A stretch of 64,000 nt of DNA. Origin: Yuukianura sp. NJ FZ-2021 (Eukaryota). The notes under the pieces are model-generated. The model searched no databases. It was not told where the DNA came from and was given only the letters and a program-made list of their open reading frames with translations. Positions 61,845 through 64,000 of this stretch are shown in pieces (position 1 is the first letter of the stretch; each line of letters opens with the position of its first letter). The translations under genes were made by a program, and so were the position numbers. The stretch spans positions 5,642,001 to 5,706,000 of the forward strand of contig CM102285.1 of NCBI GenBank assembly GCA_046563655.1. The letters are read 5' to 3'.

Positions 61845-64000
61845 CTACAAATAGAATGTACGTCTCAAACAATTAATGGGGCACTGATTCATCTCGGTTT
61901 GTGAGCCGTGGGCCATTCCGCAAAAACTACATGCGAAGCAGCGATCTAAGTGTTGTATTCGACTTTCTTTCTCCAAATCGAACGCCTCATGACATCGGTA
62001 GCAAACAGCGCAATCAGACGCAAGATGACTGTACAGGTCAGCTTCACTTCGAAACTTACGCTTGCAAATCGAGTCATACCAGCACCCTCGGGTTTTGGTC
62101 TTCTGTTCCAGTCGTTTATAACTATGTTCGATCCGCTCTTCCACCTAGTATTCAATGATGGATTGGTTTAGATTATCCGCAGGATCGAATTGTTCATTCA
62201 AACTTACGGTATGGCATGGTGTTCCGCATAAGCAGGTCGCTACACAAACATGGCGATGCCATTCTCCACGCCCCACCCCCGAAACTCGGTCACACGGACA
62301 AGCTTGTACAACTCTCGGAACCGACAGATGATGTCGAACGTGTTCCCTCCACACTTCCGTGTCATCAAATGTGTTGGGAGGTTGATCGTTGGCAATTCCA
62401 GGAAAATAACTTTTCGCATGATTTTCCGCTTCGCAGAACCCACAGAACCAACGGCTAGGGTCATGGATCGGACTGCACCTTAGATAAGAAGGCAGATCAA
62501 TGTCCAAAAAGTGAGGAACAGCTAAGATCTCTGGTGTGCTGTTTTGGCCCGCTAAAAAGTCGCAGCGATAGTAGGTAAATCCTTCTTGGTTCATCTGTTC
62601 ATGCGTCTCATCTAGGGTGTCCAGCGATCGCATTTGGTTGGCCGATGTGTCCCAGAACCTGATCCAACGGAAAACTTTGTAATGGTTTCATTCCGGTCCA
62701 TTGTTCAACTCACATTGACCACAGACTTACATGATGGAGAAATTCTTGCTCATCACTTGACCTTTTCGTAATACGGGGCAGATTGAGACTAGGTTGTAGA
62801 TGTCTTGTTCACAATCAGGGATTACGTTTGGATTTAACAGACGATCTCGGATGATTCCCGCCAATTTTCGTAAAAATCCGCTGGCTGATGCCATCTTCTC
62901 GTTCGACAGTTGTAACGGTGTGTTGGAGATCGGAAACTCCTCCTGGATACGTCTCTCAATTCCGTCCACTAAGTGCTACCAAAATCATAATATCATCAAT
63001 GTATTCGTTAGGTTACACCACTCTACATTTCGGTTCAGGGTAATCACGTTACATTACTTACATAACGAATTCCTAAACCTCGAATCATGGTACGGCAAGC
63101 AGACAACATCTCAAAGTAGTTGTGAGGTGGTGCCTTCCAATTGACATTTCCTATAAAGTGGCTGTTAAGAGATGTCAGGTCGTCTTGAATATGCCAAAAT
63201 AATCGGCCGCTCATGAACGACTCCCATCGAATTGGAACCTTGCGTCGTTGGGCAATGCGGACCTCCCGCAGCCGTGGGCAGAAAATTAACCACTGTCAGT
63301 TTATAAACAGTTATCATAGACCCACCTCAGATGCAGTTTGGTTAATATCAATAGCGTCTTACCTCACAAATTTTTCGGATTAGCTCTTTGCCAGAGGTCC
63401 CATGGGTTTCAGTATACCGGAATCCCCAGTGTAAAATCCCGTCAGCAAAGAATCGTTTTTCTTCATCCGTTGTGTAGCCTTGCAGTAAACATCCTCGCAG
63501 GCGGTTCAACTAGTTCAGAAACAGCAACTTAGCAACGCCCTTTGGAGAAGGGACTATATACAACTTACCGTTCTAAACAAAACGTCTGGGTCGTAAGTCA
63601 GGAAGGGCATCAGGATTCCCCACATTAACCGGGCAATTTGCATGCCGTATCCTCTAGCACGCAAGGGTGGCAGGAGGTTGTAGTCCCACGACGACTTCGT
63701 GACCGAGTCCCCTCTATATTTCGTTGGGTCATCTGGTGGGAGAAAGAAGTACTTCATGTACTCGATGACACGTAATTCTGCACGGCTAAAAAGTAGGTCA
63801 TCTGCAGCTGTGTGCGTGGAGGTCGAATCCCCACCAGACTGCACCGGTCTCCATGTAGAAGCCTCCAATCCCATGGTATCTCTGTAGTTATCAACAAGTC
63901 TTTAGAGGTCAATATTCACGCGCCCCACTCGCCTAAATTAATACTTACGCAGACAACAATTCATCCGGCAGACTTTCCTCGTCCATCAGAGTCCGAGGAG
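61845..64000 (-). pseudogene. Multi-exon unknown gene with Cys/His-rich (zinc-finger-like) C-terminus and in-frame stops; runs past the window edge
   Basis: ORFs 61845-62144 and 62145-62633 are in the same frame across a TAG; CGFC..H..HH, CPC..HRHVC, CKRKF..HL, CYRC..HL, CSFC motifs; further coding-like exons at 62727-63900. Confidence 0.5.

Overview
This is AT-rich eukaryotic genomic DNA with short GT-AG introns, mostly about 65-130 nt. Gene content (divergent ionotropic receptor, gustatory-receptor-like 7TM, tandem GMC oxidoreductases, WAP peptide) indicates an arthropod; a springtail (Collembola) is my inference, not proven. The left ~42 kb is a gene-dense, MITE-rich region. It holds a triple-SAM + P-loop GTPase gene joined by a 10-nt microexon, a GR-like receptor, a METTL7-like methyltransferase, an EF-hand protein and a birth-and-death array of four GMC oxidoreductases plus relics. 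It also holds a secreted alpha-carbonic anhydrase apparently fused to an M14 carboxypeptidase activation peptide, a C2H2 zinc-finger gene, a single-WAP peptide, an IR, and a FMRFamide-receptor-like GPCR with a large LRR-like ectodomain. The right ~21 kb starts with a decayed PMS2 copy. A minus-strand block follows, with three paralogous unknown ORFs, CHHC knuckles, two KDM4/5-like JmjC relics, two PIF1 helicase relics and zinc-finger-rich unknown genes; it may be a decayed large mobile element. All gene models were spliced and translated by eye, and no database searches were run.
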